Positions 28,451 through 38,638 of a stretch of DNA of 64,000 bases are shown here, piece by piece; position 1 is the stretch's first letter; each line of letters opens with the position of its first letter. This DNA comes from an uncultured Candidatus Saccharibacteria bacterium. GTDB taxonomy: Bacteria; Patescibacteriota; Minisyncoccia; Phycocordibacterales; Phycocordibacteraceae. Below the pieces are notes generated by a model that ran no database searches, was not told the origin of the DNA, and saw only the letters and a list, made by a program, of their open reading frames with translations. The stretch covers positions 1,626 to 65,625 of the forward strand of contig CAZJZB010000002.1 in the NCBI GenBank assembly GCA_964550425.1. The letters run 5' to 3'. A program made the translations under genes and the position numbers.

Positions 28451-29446
28451 CTATTTCTTTCCTGGTTTAGGGTTCTTGAGATACCACTCTATTGTTTTCT
28501 GAAGGCCATCTTCAAGAGATGTCTTCGCTTCCCAGCCGATATCTTTTTTTATCTTCGATACATCTGCTAAACGGCGCTTCACGCTGCCTTCTGGAGAATT
28601 TTTAATATCAAGTGTTTGCGGTTTCCACCCCATCAACTCAAACATTTTCTCTATCAAATCAGAAATGACTGTCTCTTCGTGTGTGCCAATATGATAGGTA
28701 CCACCATCGGTCACGGGTGATTCCATGACCGCTTGTATCGCCTCAACTGCGTCGTCGATGTAGCAAAACGAGCGTGTATCGTCAGCACCAAAGATTGGAA
28801 ACGGCTCAACCTTGGCGCTCACTCTCCGGACTATCTCTGGGATGACATGCTCATATCCCGCGCGTGGCCCGTAGAAGTTATGTGGACGCACTATAGACAT
28901 ACGGAAATTGTACGCCTTCGCGTAGTGGATAAAGAAAAGCTCGCCGATGAGTTTCTGGCCGCCATACGACCAGCGCGGGTTGTACGTGTCAGCAATAACG
29001 AGAGGAACATTTTCTGGTGTCGGAATAGGAAGCTTGCCGAATGCCTCAAGTGCGCTAGCGTACGCCTCATTGGAAGAGGTATAGAGAATTTTTGCCCCCG
29101 GCTTATTATTTTTTGAACGGAACCATTCAAGCACATTCATCGTTGTTGAGACGCCGATGCGAAGCACCTCGTGCGGGATTTCGTAGAAAAATTTTGTCCC
29201 ATTGATGCCGACTAAATGGTAGACCTCATCGTACCCCGTGCCGATAGCATCCCATGCCTCTAGTCGTGTCAGGTCTGTCTCAATAAGCGTAACGTTCGGT
29301 AATGCGAGGAGCGTTGCGAGATCGGTATCGTGCCGACTGCGAAAGAAATTGTCTGCAATCGTAATGTCGTGGCCGGCTGTCGCAAGACGCTTCGAGAGAT
29401 GGTATCCGATAAACCCCGCCCCGCCCGTGATGAGGATTTTCTTCAT
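28451..29446 (-). CDS. NAD-dependent sugar epimerase/dehydratase (extended SDR)
   Basis: Start at MKKILITGGAGFIGYHL (ATG 29446). Catalytic YGGQK. The track ORF extends to 29614 but that extension overlaps the neighbouring gene. Confidence 0.8.
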   Translation of the reverse strand: MKKILITGGAGFIGYHLSKRLATAGHDITIADNFFRSRHDTDLATLLALPNVTLIETDLTRLEAWDAIGTGYDEVYHLVGINGTKFFYEIPHEVLRIGVSTTMNVLEWFRSKNNKPGAKILYTSSNEAYASALEAFGKLPIPTPENVPLVIADTYNPRWSYGGQKLIGELFFIHYAKAYNFRMSIVRPHNFYGPRAGYEHVIPEIVRRVSAKVEPFPIFGADDTRSFCYIDDAVEAIQAVMESPVTDGGTYHIGTHEETVISDLIEKMFELMGWKPQTLDIKNSPEGSVKRRLADVSKIKKDIGWEAKTSLEDGLQKTIEWYLKNPKPGKK

Positions 29447-29454
29447 TTCTCGCA

Positions 29455-30246
29455 CTATAGCACCGTCGTTTTGTAGCGTTTGTTTATCTCGACTATGTGA
29501 TCGAATAGAGACAAGTTCTCGGTTTCGCCCAACATTCGCTGCGCGTACTTTGCGAACGCGCTGGTGTCCTTGGGCAAGCACGACCCGCCAAAGCCGCGGA
29601 AGTTGTCGTTGCAATCGAGATATACAGGCGGTACCACGCGATGCTTAGTAATAGCGTTTTTTATCTTTTGATAATCAGCACCAGCTGCTTTCGTCACATC
29701 GTAAAACTGATTTGCGTACACGATACGGAGCGCGTTAAAGACGTTGAGGAAATATTTGCAGAACTCCGCCTCAAGTGGAGTCAGATATGCATAATTTTCA
29801 GGCAGGGGGTGATGCACTTTTTTAACCAGCTCGAAATCTTTCTCGTTGTATGCACCGACGATGCATATGTCGTGCTGTTCGACAAAGTCCGTATATGTAG
29901 CTTTTTCGCGCAAGAATTCCGGGCAAAATGCAAGGCGCAACTTTCGGTGCCGTGCGTGGAGTTTGTCGGTAGTTCCTGGTTCGACCGTCGACTTGATAGT
30001 CACGAGCCCTTTATATTTAGCTTTAGCGAGGTCCGCAACCACTTTTTCGACAACAGAGGTATTGCAGGTACCGTCTGGATTGGAGGGAGTTGGCACAGAA
30101 ATAAAGACCAGTTCAGAGGATAGAACGTCCTTGAGAGACGTTTCGGGAAGCTTAGTGTCAAACACATCTATGTCGTGGCCGATGCGGGAGAGACCGTGGT
30201 GCATGGTCTTACCGACAATGCCAACACCGATAATTCCTATATTCAT
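29455..30246 (-). CDS. UDP-glucose/GDP-mannose dehydrogenase-family protein, truncated form lacking the C-terminal UDP-binding domain
   Basis: NAD-binding MNIGIIGVGIVG and catalytic-Cys motif GFGGSCLPKD are present. The protein ends about 30 aa after the catalytic Cys (263 aa versus about 400-450 typical). Confidence 0.65.
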   Translation of the reverse strand: MNIGIIGVGIVGKTMHHGLSRIGHDIDVFDTKLPETSLKDVLSSELVFISVPTPSNPDGTCNTSVVEKVVADLAKAKYKGLVTIKSTVEPGTTDKLHARHRKLRLAFCPEFLREKATYTDFVEQHDICIVGAYNEKDFELVKKVHHPLPENYAYLTPLEAEFCKYFLNVFNALRIVYANQFYDVTKAAGADYQKIKNAITKHRVVPPVYLDCNDNFRGFGGSCLPKDTSAFAKYAQRMLGETENLSLFDHIVEINKRYKTTVL

Positions 30247-30325
30247 ACTGGGTGATAGTACCTCATTTTTAGTCGAAATTGCAACTAAAGTAACCAGGTA
30301 TGATACGATTAAGTTACTAGTAGCA

Positions 30326-31351
30326 ATGAAGATTTCGTTAACAAAAAATACGAAGGTGTATGTCGTAGCGCCTGCGGGAGTGGTAACTGGCGGTCCTGAG
30401 GACTTGTACGAGCTCGCGTACAGCTTGCGTGAGATGTATCCGAGAGTACGCGTGTATATGTATTATATCGCTAGGAGTGGTGTAGAAAACCCAATCGCTC
30501 CGGAGTACGAACATTTTGGTATGGAGCGCGCCACTACAATAGAAGACAGTGAGGATAATGTACTGATTCTCCCTGAGTATTACACAACCGAATTGCAGGA
30601 GCTTACCCGTATCAAAAAAGCGATCTGGTGGCTGGGAGTCGACGGCTACTATACATCTCCTGCACTTTCAAAAAATAAACGTTGGTTCAACAGCATGCTG
30701 CTGCGCCGTTTTAGGATCCAACGTTTCTTCTTCTTCAATAAGGAGCTTAGAAAGATCAAATGGAATTTTGTGCAAAACCGTCGCTTCTACGACCACCTCA
30801 CGCGTAAGGGGATGCCAAATATTTCTTATTTGATTGACCACGTAAACCCCATTTTTACCAATTACGAAATAGATGAATCGATTAAAGAGGACATCGTTTT
30901 GTATAATCCGGTCAAAGGGTATCGCTTTACTAGAAAACTCATAGCTGCCTCGCCGGACATCACGTTTATACCGACCTCATCTATACCACGTATGAGCGAG
31001 GAGGATAAAATAGCATTGATCAAACGCGCAAAAGTATACATAGATTTCGGCACTCACCCGGGCGGAGACCGGTTTCCTAAGGAGACGGCGCTGCTTGGTT
31101 GTTGCGTAATAACCGGCAAAGCCGGTACCGCAAACTATTTCGACGATGTGCCGATTCCACCCGACTATAAATTTTCTCAACCATACTTTATGGATCGTCT
31201 AACCATTTACCGGGTAAGGCGAAAGATAAAGCATTGCTTTGCAAACTACCACAACGAGGCGCGTCGATTCATACCTTTCCGTGAGCGCGCTCGGAGAGAT
31301 CATGAGACACACCTTTCCGACATCAAACACATCTTCTCGTATGAAGAATAG
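30326..31351 (+). CDS. hypothetical protein, possibly GT-B-like glycosyltransferase
   Basis: ORF track 29846..31351, but its 5' 480 nt overlap the UGDH-like gene on the other strand. Start chosen at MKISLTKNTKVYVVAPAGVVTGGPE. Weak GT-B-like motifs only. Confidence 0.4.
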   Translation: MKISLTKNTKVYVVAPAGVVTGGPEDLYELAYSLREMYPRVRVYMYYIARSGVENPIAPEYEHFGMERATTIEDSEDNVLILPEYYTTELQELTRIKKAIWWLGVDGYYTSPALSKNKRWFNSMLLRRFRIQRFFFFNKELRKIKWNFVQNRRFYDHLTRKGMPNISYLIDHVNPIFTNYEIDESIKEDIVLYNPVKGYRFTRKLIAASPDITFIPTSSIPRMSEEDKIALIKRAKVYIDFGTHPGGDRFPKETALLGCCVITGKAGTANYFDDVPIPPDYKFSQPYFMDRLTIYRVRRKIKHCFANYHNEARRFIPFRERARRDHETHLSDIKHIFSYEE

Positions 31352-32297
31352 GAAGGTTTTGACCTTCCGACCCGGCTCGATCGGTGATTGTTTGATGGGT
31401 AAGTATTTCTTGGAGCAGGTTCGGGCAACACATCCTGCTCTCACGGCTACTATTGCCGTACCGACGAGGGTCCAGATGGTGCGCGAACTTTTGGCGGCGT
31501 ATCCATGGATACACGTGGTGGAGATAAAAGCACTACGTCTACCTCGGCGTGATCTGGTTGTTACCCCCTATACCGGCGGCGTCTTCCCGCTGCGGACTAA
31601 ACTTTTTGCGCGTTTACTGGCTAAAAAATTAATCGGCTTTTCTGACCGCTCGCCGCTGAACCGTTTTTTGTACGACAAGGTTATAGAGCTTGTCGGCCGT
31701 TCGCGCGCTCCGCGTATCCTTGAGTGTGATGCTCTTGCGGCGGCGGGCATTCCGGTATCTTTTACGCAACCATCGTTTGCATATGTGCTGCAGCCGCAGC
31801 TTTTATCAAAACTTGGATTACAGGGGGGAAAATATGCTGTACTGCATCTTTTTTCCGGGAGCAATGCTCGGGGGCTCTCGCCGGATACTAAACGGTCATT
31901 GATTGAAGAGCTCGCAAAAATCTTGCCTGTGCCGCTGGTACTCACCGGCTCGCGCGCAGAAACTGATAGTCTGGGCGTATTGCCCGCGGGCGTATGTAGA
32001 GTAGAGACAACCATCCAAGAACTTGCGCACCTCATCGACCACGCGGCAGTGATAGTGTCACTCGATACAGGCGCCGCGCACATCGCCGCGCACCTGCGGA
32101 AACCTTTGGTGGTACTCGCCAGTTGTGTAGGAGTGCAGTGGTGGAACAAAGATATGTATGGTAGCGGCGTACCCACAGCACTTGTCACGCGATTAGACGT
32201 TTGTGAAGGCAATCACGATTATTCTGGCTATGCCAAATGTCTCGATGCCATCGACCCTGTCGAGGTCGCCAAGAGGGTGCGCGCCTTACTGCTATGA
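31341..32297 (+). CDS. glycosyltransferase family 9 (heptosyltransferase-like)
   Basis: GT9 hallmarks FRPGSIGDCLM and SLDTGAAHIAAHLRKP. Start at MKNRKVL (ATG 31341). Confidence 0.75.
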   Translation: MKNRKVLTFRPGSIGDCLMGKYFLEQVRATHPALTATIAVPTRVQMVRELLAAYPWIHVVEIKALRLPRRDLVVTPYTGGVFPLRTKLFARLLAKKLIGFSDRSPLNRFLYDKVIELVGRSRAPRILECDALAAAGIPVSFTQPSFAYVLQPQLLSKLGLQGGKYAVLHLFSGSNARGLSPDTKRSLIEELAKILPVPLVLTGSRAETDSLGVLPAGVCRVETTIQELAHLIDHAAVIVSLDTGAAHIAAHLRKPLVVLASCVGVQWWNKDMYGSGVPTALVTRLDVCEGNHDYSGYAKCLDAIDPVEVAKRVRALLL

Positions 32298-33367
32298 CCA
32301 TACATTTTTTCACATATGGGAATGAGCAGTCCGGATCGTCGCGTCAGCGAGCGTTTAAAGTTGCCAATGAACTGAACGCGCGTGGGATGCACGCTGTCGT
32401 ACATCGTCCTTCGACGATGTCGATGTCTCTTACTCCATGGCCAAAGAAAGGCGCGCTCATACTGCAACTTCTGCGCTCGCTCGCTTCTGTTAAAAAAGGA
32501 GATATCGTCTATTTACAAAGGACTATCTCAAACAAATATTTTTTTATCATTGTGGTTGTATATCTTTTCTTCTTTCGTCGGAAGATGATTTTTGACTTCG
32601 ATGACCCTGTCTATATCCATACATTTTTCAAGACAATGGTGTTTGTTAAAATGGCCAACGCAGTGATTGTGTGCAGCCATGGACAAAAAGAATGGGCCTT
32701 ACAATTTAATCCAAACGTACATCTGTTCCATATTTCGCTTGATTTCTCGGCGTATCGGAAATTTACAAAAGAATATGCGAATGAACAGAATCCTCTCATA
32801 ATTGGTTGGGTAGGGAATGGTCCGGAGCATATTGACCATTTTAAAATACTCGTTCCCGTCTTTAAAAAACTACTGACGGGAACAACTACCCCTTTCAAGT
32901 TTCGTCTTATCGGAGCACTCAAAAATAAAAATGTGTATGAGCTATTCGAAAATATTCATGACCTCAATGTTGAATATATAGATAGTTTGGATTGGACTGA
33001 TCCAGAGAGTGTCCCACGAGAAATTCAAAAATTTGATATCGGCGTCATGCCACATTTGTCTGACGGCAAATGGAACCAGAGTAAAACGGCCTTTAAGCAC
33101 CTTGAATATATGGCCTGCGGGGTCGCGACCATGGTGAGCACTTTCGGAGAGATGCCCTATATCTTCCGTGAAGGGGTAAATGGGTATATGGCGTCGAATA
33201 CAGACGAGTGGGTTTTGAAGCTTCAAAATCTTCTTTCAGACAAAGAGCTCCGGATGAAACTAGGGTTAGCCGGTCAGAAAACGGTTCAAGAGGGTTATTG
33301 CTACGAGGTAATGATTCCTCGCTTCATTGAGTTGATTAACTCGTTGTCAGAGAGTACCATTTCATGA
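32293..33367 (+). CDS. glycosyltransferase, GT4-like
   Basis: C-terminal motif FKHLEYMACGVATMVSTFGE. AT-rich gene. ATGA overlap. Confidence 0.7.
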
Positions 33368-34389
33368 TGCGAGGGTTTGGCAATACGACCATGGTAGTGC
33401 TTGGTGGAGCCGGTTTTATCGGCTCCAATTTCATTCGACAGGTGATATCAAAGTCCCCAAAAACTAAGATTGTCTGCGTTGATGCTCTTACCTATGCTGG
33501 CAATCGAGAAAATCTAAAAGGTCTTCCCGCAAAGCGCTTCGCGTTTATAAAAGGAGATATTACTGACACAGTGCACATGAAAAAGATTTTTATAAAGTAT
33601 GCTCCCTCATATGTGATTAATTTTGCAGCGGAGTCGCATGTCGATAGGAGTATTCACGGGGGAGCTGGAGTGTGTATACGGACAAATGTGTATGGCACCA
33701 CCGTACTGCTTGAAGCATTGCGGCACACACCATCGGTGAAGAAATTTGTACAGGTAAGCACCGACGAAGTGTATGGAGCCCTTTCGCTCAACTCGAAGAG
33801 TACATTTACTGAACAGTCACCGCTTGCCCCTAATTCCCCTTACGCCGCCTCAAAGGCCTCATCTGATCTTGTTGCCAGTGCCTACTACGCTACCTACGCG
33901 TTACCTATCGTGATTACTCGTTGTTCTAACAACTATGGTCCGTATGCGTATCCAGAGAAATTCATTCCTTACTCAATAACACGCCTTATGGAAGGGAAAT
34001 CTATCGCGCTCTACGGTGACGGGAAATACGTACGTGACTGGATTCATGTGGAGGATCACTGTAGAGCCCTAGTCCTCGCTTTAGTGAAGGGAATACCTGG
34101 TGAGATATATAACGTTGGTGCAAATGATGAAGTAGATAATCTTACCCTGGCAAAAAACATACTCAAATACTTCAAGAAAGATATGTCGGCGCTCACTTTT
34201 GTGAAGGATCGACCCGGTCACGATCGTCGGTATGCCATTGATGCTTCCAAAATTAAGAAAGAATTGGGGTGGAAACCGAAACATTCATTTCGCACCTCAT
34301 TCAACCCAACTATCGCGTGGTATGTACAAAATGCAGGGTGGGCGCGCCGCGCGCTGAAACGTACTGGTATAGCGAACATTCATATATGA
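33364..34389 (+). CDS. rfbB: dTDP-glucose 4,6-dehydratase
   Basis: Has GGAGFIGSNF, TDEVYG, YAASKASSD and DRPGHDRRYAID motifs. Confidence 0.9.
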   Translation: MMRGFGNTTMVVLGGAGFIGSNFIRQVISKSPKTKIVCVDALTYAGNRENLKGLPAKRFAFIKGDITDTVHMKKIFIKYAPSYVINFAAESHVDRSIHGGAGVCIRTNVYGTTVLLEALRHTPSVKKFVQVSTDEVYGALSLNSKSTFTEQSPLAPNSPYAASKASSDLVASAYYATYALPIVITRCSNNYGPYAYPEKFIPYSITRLMEGKSIALYGDGKYVRDWIHVEDHCRALVLALVKGIPGEIYNVGANDEVDNLTLAKNILKYFKKDMSALTFVKDRPGHDRRYAIDASKIKKELGWKPKHSFRTSFNPTIAWYVQNAGWARRALKRTGIANIHI

Positions 34390-35102
34390 AAGGAGTGATT
34401 CTTGCTGGGGGGCTCGGTATGCGATTGTATCCGCTTACCAAAATAACCAATAAGCATCTCTTGCCGGTATACGACAAGCCGATGATACTGTATCCGCTCG
34501 AGACATTGAAGCGCTCCGACATAACTGACATTATGATTGTTTGTGGCCGGGAGCACGCAGGGCATTTTATGCAGTTTTTGGGCTCGGGAAAAGAGTTCGG
34601 GGTAAAGATGTCCTACGCGCTTCAAGATGCGAATAATGGCGGCATTGCTGATGCACTTTCTTATGCAGAAGATTTTGCTGAAGGTGCGCCTATTGCCGTC
34701 ATTCTCGGCGATAATATATTCGAGCATGATTTTAAAAAAGCGGTGAATAGGTATACGGGTGGTGCGACAGTGTTCTTTAAGAAGGTAAAAGATCCAAAAC
34801 GATTCGGTGTCCCCGTATTCTCAAAAGACGGAAAGAAGATTCTGCGTATTGAAGAGAAGCCGAAAAAACCGAAGTCGCCTTACGCTCAGACGGGGTTCTG
34901 GATTCTTGAGCCAAGCGTTTTCTCTGTCGTGAAAACGCTTAAACCGTCCGGGCGCGGAGAGCTGGAAATGACTGATGCCATCAATCATTATGTGCGTGCG
35001 GGGAGTATTTCTTTTGATGTTGTGCGCGGAGCATGGCTTGATGCTGGCACGATAGAATCTTTGCACCGTGCCTCGGTATTTATACGAAATAAGAAAGTAT
35101 AA
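34386..35102 (+). CDS. rmlA: glucose-1-phosphate thymidylyltransferase-like sugar nucleotidyltransferase (short form)
   Basis: MKGVILAGGLGMRLYPLT nucleotidyltransferase motif. ATGA overlap with rfbB. Operon context with rmlB/C/D. Confidence 0.7.
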   Translation: MKGVILAGGLGMRLYPLTKITNKHLLPVYDKPMILYPLETLKRSDITDIMIVCGREHAGHFMQFLGSGKEFGVKMSYALQDANNGGIADALSYAEDFAEGAPIAVILGDNIFEHDFKKAVNRYTGGATVFFKKVKDPKRFGVPVFSKDGKKILRIEEKPKKPKSPYAQTGFWILEPSVFSVVKTLKPSGRGELEMTDAINHYVRAGSISFDVVRGAWLDAGTIESLHRASVFIRNKKV

Positions 35103-35109
35103 TTAAAAT

Positions 35110-35664
35110 ATGGCATCTTCATCACTTGAAATCAAAGAGCTCGATTTGCCGGGCGTGTTGCTCTTGCAACCGAAGCGGTACGATGATGCCCGCGGCTTTT
35201 TCGTGGAAACTTTTCACCACAAGGATCTGGCAGCTGTCGGTATCACCAGTGCTTTTGTACAAGACAACCTCTCATATTCAAAAAAGAATGTTCTTCGCGG
35301 CATGCATTTCCAGAAGAAGCCACATGCGCAAGCGAAACTCGTGCGTTGTGTATCGGGAGAGATATATGACGTGGTCGCTGACTACGATCGGGACTCGGCG
35401 ACCTTTGGAAAAAGTGTCGCGGTACATCTTACTGGAGAAAAACAGAATATGCTCTACGTTCCTCCCGAATATGCTCACGGTTTCTGCGTTCTCTCTAATG
35501 AGGCAGTGGTTGAATATAAAGTAGATGATTACTACCATCCCGAAAGTGCCTTTGGTCTACGGTATGATGATCCAGTATTTGAGATCGCATGGCCGCTGCA
35601 CGATCCCATTCTCTCAGAACAAGACAAGAAATGGCCGTTACTTGCATCAATCCGGGATTATTAA
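35110..35664 (+). CDS. rfbC: dTDP-4-dehydrorhamnose 3,5-epimerase
   Basis: RmlC cupin signature DDARGFFVETF...RGMHFQ. Confidence 0.85.
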   Translation: MASSSLEIKELDLPGVLLLQPKRYDDARGFFVETFHHKDLAAVGITSAFVQDNLSYSKKNVLRGMHFQKKPHAQAKLVRCVSGEIYDVVADYDRDSATFGKSVAVHLTGEKQNMLYVPPEYAHGFCVLSNEAVVEYKVDDYYHPESAFGLRYDDPVFEIAWPLHDPILSEQDKKWPLLASIRDY

Positions 35665-35682
35665 TGTGGCTACACACCTTCC

Positions 35683-36522
35683 ATGACCAACAACCCCACG
35701 CACGATCTCTTTGCGAAGACGCTCATTACAGGATCGGATGGTATGGTCGGTAGCTACATACATTTTGGAGTTCGTATGAATCATCATTCTCTCGATGTAA
35801 CAAATCTCTCGAATGTTATGTCCGTATGTACAGAACATATGCCGCGCATCATCATCCACTTCGCCGCCGCTACCGATCTCACACGTTGTCAACAGGATCC
35901 CGCATATGCCTATACAGTGAATTCTGTTGGGACGTATAATCTCGCTCTTGCCGCACGCCGTATTGGTGCCAAGCTTGTATACATTTCGACATTTGCTGTG
36001 TTTGACGGCACCAAGGAAGAACCATACACGGAGACTGACATTCCAAATCCGCTAAACATATACGGTCATTCAAAATATCTTGGCGAGCTTGCTGCGCGGG
36101 GTATTCTTGATGATTTCCTTCTCGTGCGTGCTTCGTGGATATTTGGCGGCGGTAAAGATAAGGATATAAAGTTTGTAGGGAAGATCTTGAAGCAGCTCGA
36201 TAAGGATGAAATAAAAGTAATTACTGATAAACGCGGCTCGCCGACGTATGCAAAGGATTTGGTTGCGAGTATTCGGCAGCTTATTGTGGAGAATAAAAAA
36301 GGGATATATAACGTGGGAAATGTTGGGAGTGCGACTCGATATGACATCGCCAATGAGATCAAGTCGATTATGGGAGCACAAACAAAGATTATTCCGATTA
36401 CATCAGCTGATTTTCCACTCGTGTACCCGATTGGAGCAAATGAAGGCATGGTGTCGAGAGTCCCTATACGGTCTTGGCAAGAAGCGTTACGAGAATATAT
36501 AGAAACAGAATGGAAAAAATAA
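35683..36522 (+). CDS. rfbD: dTDP-4-dehydrorhamnose reductase
   Basis: RmlD-like: LITGSDGMVG, YGHSKYLGE catalytic YxxxK, about 280 aa. Confidence 0.8.
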   Translation: MTNNPTHDLFAKTLITGSDGMVGSYIHFGVRMNHHSLDVTNLSNVMSVCTEHMPRIIIHFAAATDLTRCQQDPAYAYTVNSVGTYNLALAARRIGAKLVYISTFAVFDGTKEEPYTETDIPNPLNIYGHSKYLGELAARGILDDFLLVRASWIFGGGKDKDIKFVGKILKQLDKDEIKVITDKRGSPTYAKDLVASIRQLIVENKKGIYNVGNVGSATRYDIANEIKSIMGAQTKIIPITSADFPLVYPIGANEGMVSRVPIRSWQEALREYIETEWKK

Positions 36523-37388
36523 TACTAAAGAAAAGTGTTGAAGAGAAAGCTGCGGAGAGATCGCGGTCCGTGGAGAGAATATATGCAGCAGCACTTGAAC
36601 AGCACACACAGTTCAAACAGATTCCTGAACAAGATATCAAGGAGGTTATAGGAACAGCTCTTGAAGAGATAGAGAAATTAGAAAGGGCAGGCAATCTTTC
36701 GGATGCTCTTACTGCTCTTACGCTCGAAGTGGCTGAGAGTATTTCGGCGTTGTGGGTACTTTCGGGTCCCGGGAGCTATGATGAACCAGCTAAAGAAGAT
36801 CGCTATAAGAATTATTCTTGGGCTAGAGGTATGGACAGAGCGCGTCTTTCTTACGGAGCTCTTCTTTCTCGGAAGATTTCAGAAAAACTTTCCAGTGAGA
36901 TTCTGAAAGGATCTATAAGTAAAGTTCCTGCAAGAATACAAAAAGCTCGTGAATTGATAGCTGAGCATGGTCCAACCATCATATACAACGGTACAGAACT
37001 CGAGAATTCAGTGGCACGAGATGTGCTTACCAGGGAGGGTATCATCATTCCACCCGAGAGGGCTATAATTGCAGGAGAAGGTATAGACAATACGGTCGAT
37101 CAAATAAAGGATTTTAAATTTCCAGAAGAATTACATCAATCAGGTGGTGAAATTGGTATCGTCTCGCATGCTCCTCACATAATGCGCATTATCCATATGT
37201 TAAGTCAGTACCAAACGCTTCCCAAAGATATGACTGTGCGACTCTTTCCCATGGTCACACCACAAGGAGGAAAGGAAGAATATGCGGACAATGAAATCAA
37301 AGGTCTTTTATACTATGTTTTCTTGGCAAAAAAAGCTCAACCCACCGCCTACCCGGCGCTCATCCATGGAGAGAAGCACCTATCGTGA
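36510..37388 (+). CDS. DUF218 (YdcF/ElyC-like) family protein
   Basis: Start at MEKIILKK (ATG 36510, 13-nt overlap with rfbD). Motif GIVSHAPHIMR (family HMPRA-like). Confidence 0.5.
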   Translation: MEKIILKKSVEEKAAERSRSVERIYAAALEQHTQFKQIPEQDIKEVIGTALEEIEKLERAGNLSDALTALTLEVAESISALWVLSGPGSYDEPAKEDRYKNYSWARGMDRARLSYGALLSRKISEKLSSEILKGSISKVPARIQKARELIAEHGPTIIYNGTELENSVARDVLTREGIIIPPERAIIAGEGIDNTVDQIKDFKFPEELHQSGGEIGIVSHAPHIMRIIHMLSQYQTLPKDMTVRLFPMVTPQGGKEEYADNEIKGLLYYVFLAKKAQPTAYPALIHGEKHLS

Positions 37389-38629
37389 ACGAAACTTTTA
37401 TGCAAGATTATATTCATAAAACAACGTGCCGTGTATGCGAAGGGACAGATGTAGTACAAGTGCTTGATTTGGGTTCTACGCCGCCCGCAAACGCGTATCT
37501 GAAAAAAGAGGATCTGGAGAAACCAGAAAAGTTTTTTCCGTTGGTACTGTATTTTTGTAGAACATGCTCGCTTGCACAACTTCTAGATGTGGTGAATCCA
37601 GAAATTCTATTTAAAGATTATCATTTCTTAACCGGTGCGAGTTCTCCGTCAATCATACATTTTAAACGTTATGCAGAGGAGGCGATACTGCCGCTCATAA
37701 CTTCACCGAACGACCTCGTGATTGATATAGGCGGGAACGATGGCATACTTCTGAGCTATGTTAAAGATTTTGCACGCGTGCTTAACGTTGATCCTGCCGA
37801 CAATCTAGCTCCCCTTTCAGAAGGAAACGGCGTGCCGTTCTATCCGGCATTCTTCACTTCAAAAGTCGCCAATGATATTCTGAAAGAATACGGAGAGGCG
37901 AAGGTCGTCGTCGCGAATAATGTGTTCGCCCATACCGACCCAATTCGAGATGTATTCAAGGGGGTATCGAAACTCATTGGAGAGGATGGGACGTTTATAT
38001 TTGAAGTGCATTGGGCAAAACACCTCATCGAAAGTTGCGTATTTGATCAAATCTATCATGAGCATCTTTGTTTCTACTCATTGCACGCAGCGAAATATCT
38101 CGTTGAGGCGGTAGGGATGAAGATATTCGATGTTGCTATTGTCCCCGAGCAGGGTCAGTCACTTCGAGTGTATGCCAGTAAGAAGAGGGCTGAAAGAGAT
38201 TCAGTCAATGAAATTTTGAATATTGAGAAAAAAGCGGGGTTGACTGATGAGAAGACATTTCTTGCTTTTGGGAAAAAAGTAAGCGCCAATAAGGAGAAGC
38301 TTCGGATACTTCTCCTGGATTTAAAAGCGAAAGGGAAGAGTATTATCGGCTATGGAGCTCCCGCTAAAGGCAACACACTTCTCAATTACTACGAGATTGG
38401 GCCAGACATTCTTGACTACCTCACCGACACCACGATCCTCAAGCAGGGGCTCTATAGTCCAGGCATGCATATCCCCATTGTCTCGCCAGAGAAACTTCTC
38501 ACCAACACTCCCGATTATATTCTCCTTCTTGCCTGGAATTTCAAAGATGCGGTTTTGGAAAAGGAAAAAACACTTCGAGCGAAAGGGGTCAAATTCATCA
38601 GCACGGTACCGCAGATAGAAATCCTCTAA
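37385..38629 (+). CDS. NDP-hexose C-methyltransferase (TylCIII-like), paralog of 24881..26122
   Basis: Zn-ribbon CRVCEG...CRTCS, SAM motif VIDIGGNDGILL and the C-methyltransferase C-terminal pattern. GTGA overlap with the upstream gene (ATG at 37400 is an alternative start). Confidence 0.75.
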   Translation: MNETFMQDYIHKTTCRVCEGTDVVQVLDLGSTPPANAYLKKEDLEKPEKFFPLVLYFCRTCSLAQLLDVVNPEILFKDYHFLTGASSPSIIHFKRYAEEAILPLITSPNDLVIDIGGNDGILLSYVKDFARVLNVDPADNLAPLSEGNGVPFYPAFFTSKVANDILKEYGEAKVVVANNVFAHTDPIRDVFKGVSKLIGEDGTFIFEVHWAKHLIESCVFDQIYHEHLCFYSLHAAKYLVEAVGMKIFDVAIVPEQGQSLRVYASKKRAERDSVNEILNIEKKAGLTDEKTFLAFGKKVSANKEKLRILLLDLKAKGKSIIGYGAPAKGNTLLNYYEIGPDILDYLTDTTILKQGLYSPGMHIPIVSPEKLLTNTPDYILLLAWNFKDAVLEKEKTLRAKGVKFISTVPQIEIL

Positions 38630-38638
38630 GTCCACTCA

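Noticed and set aside
29447-29614. Upstream extension of track ORF 28451..29614 (-)
   Set aside because: The Rossmann N-terminus MKKILITGGAGFIG starts at 29446. The extension overlaps the upstream UGDH-like gene.
29846-30325. 5' 480 nt of track ORF 29846..31351
   Set aside because: It overlaps the UGDH-like gene on the opposite strand and translates to a low-complexity peptide. A clean ATG with a GT-like N-terminus is at 30326.
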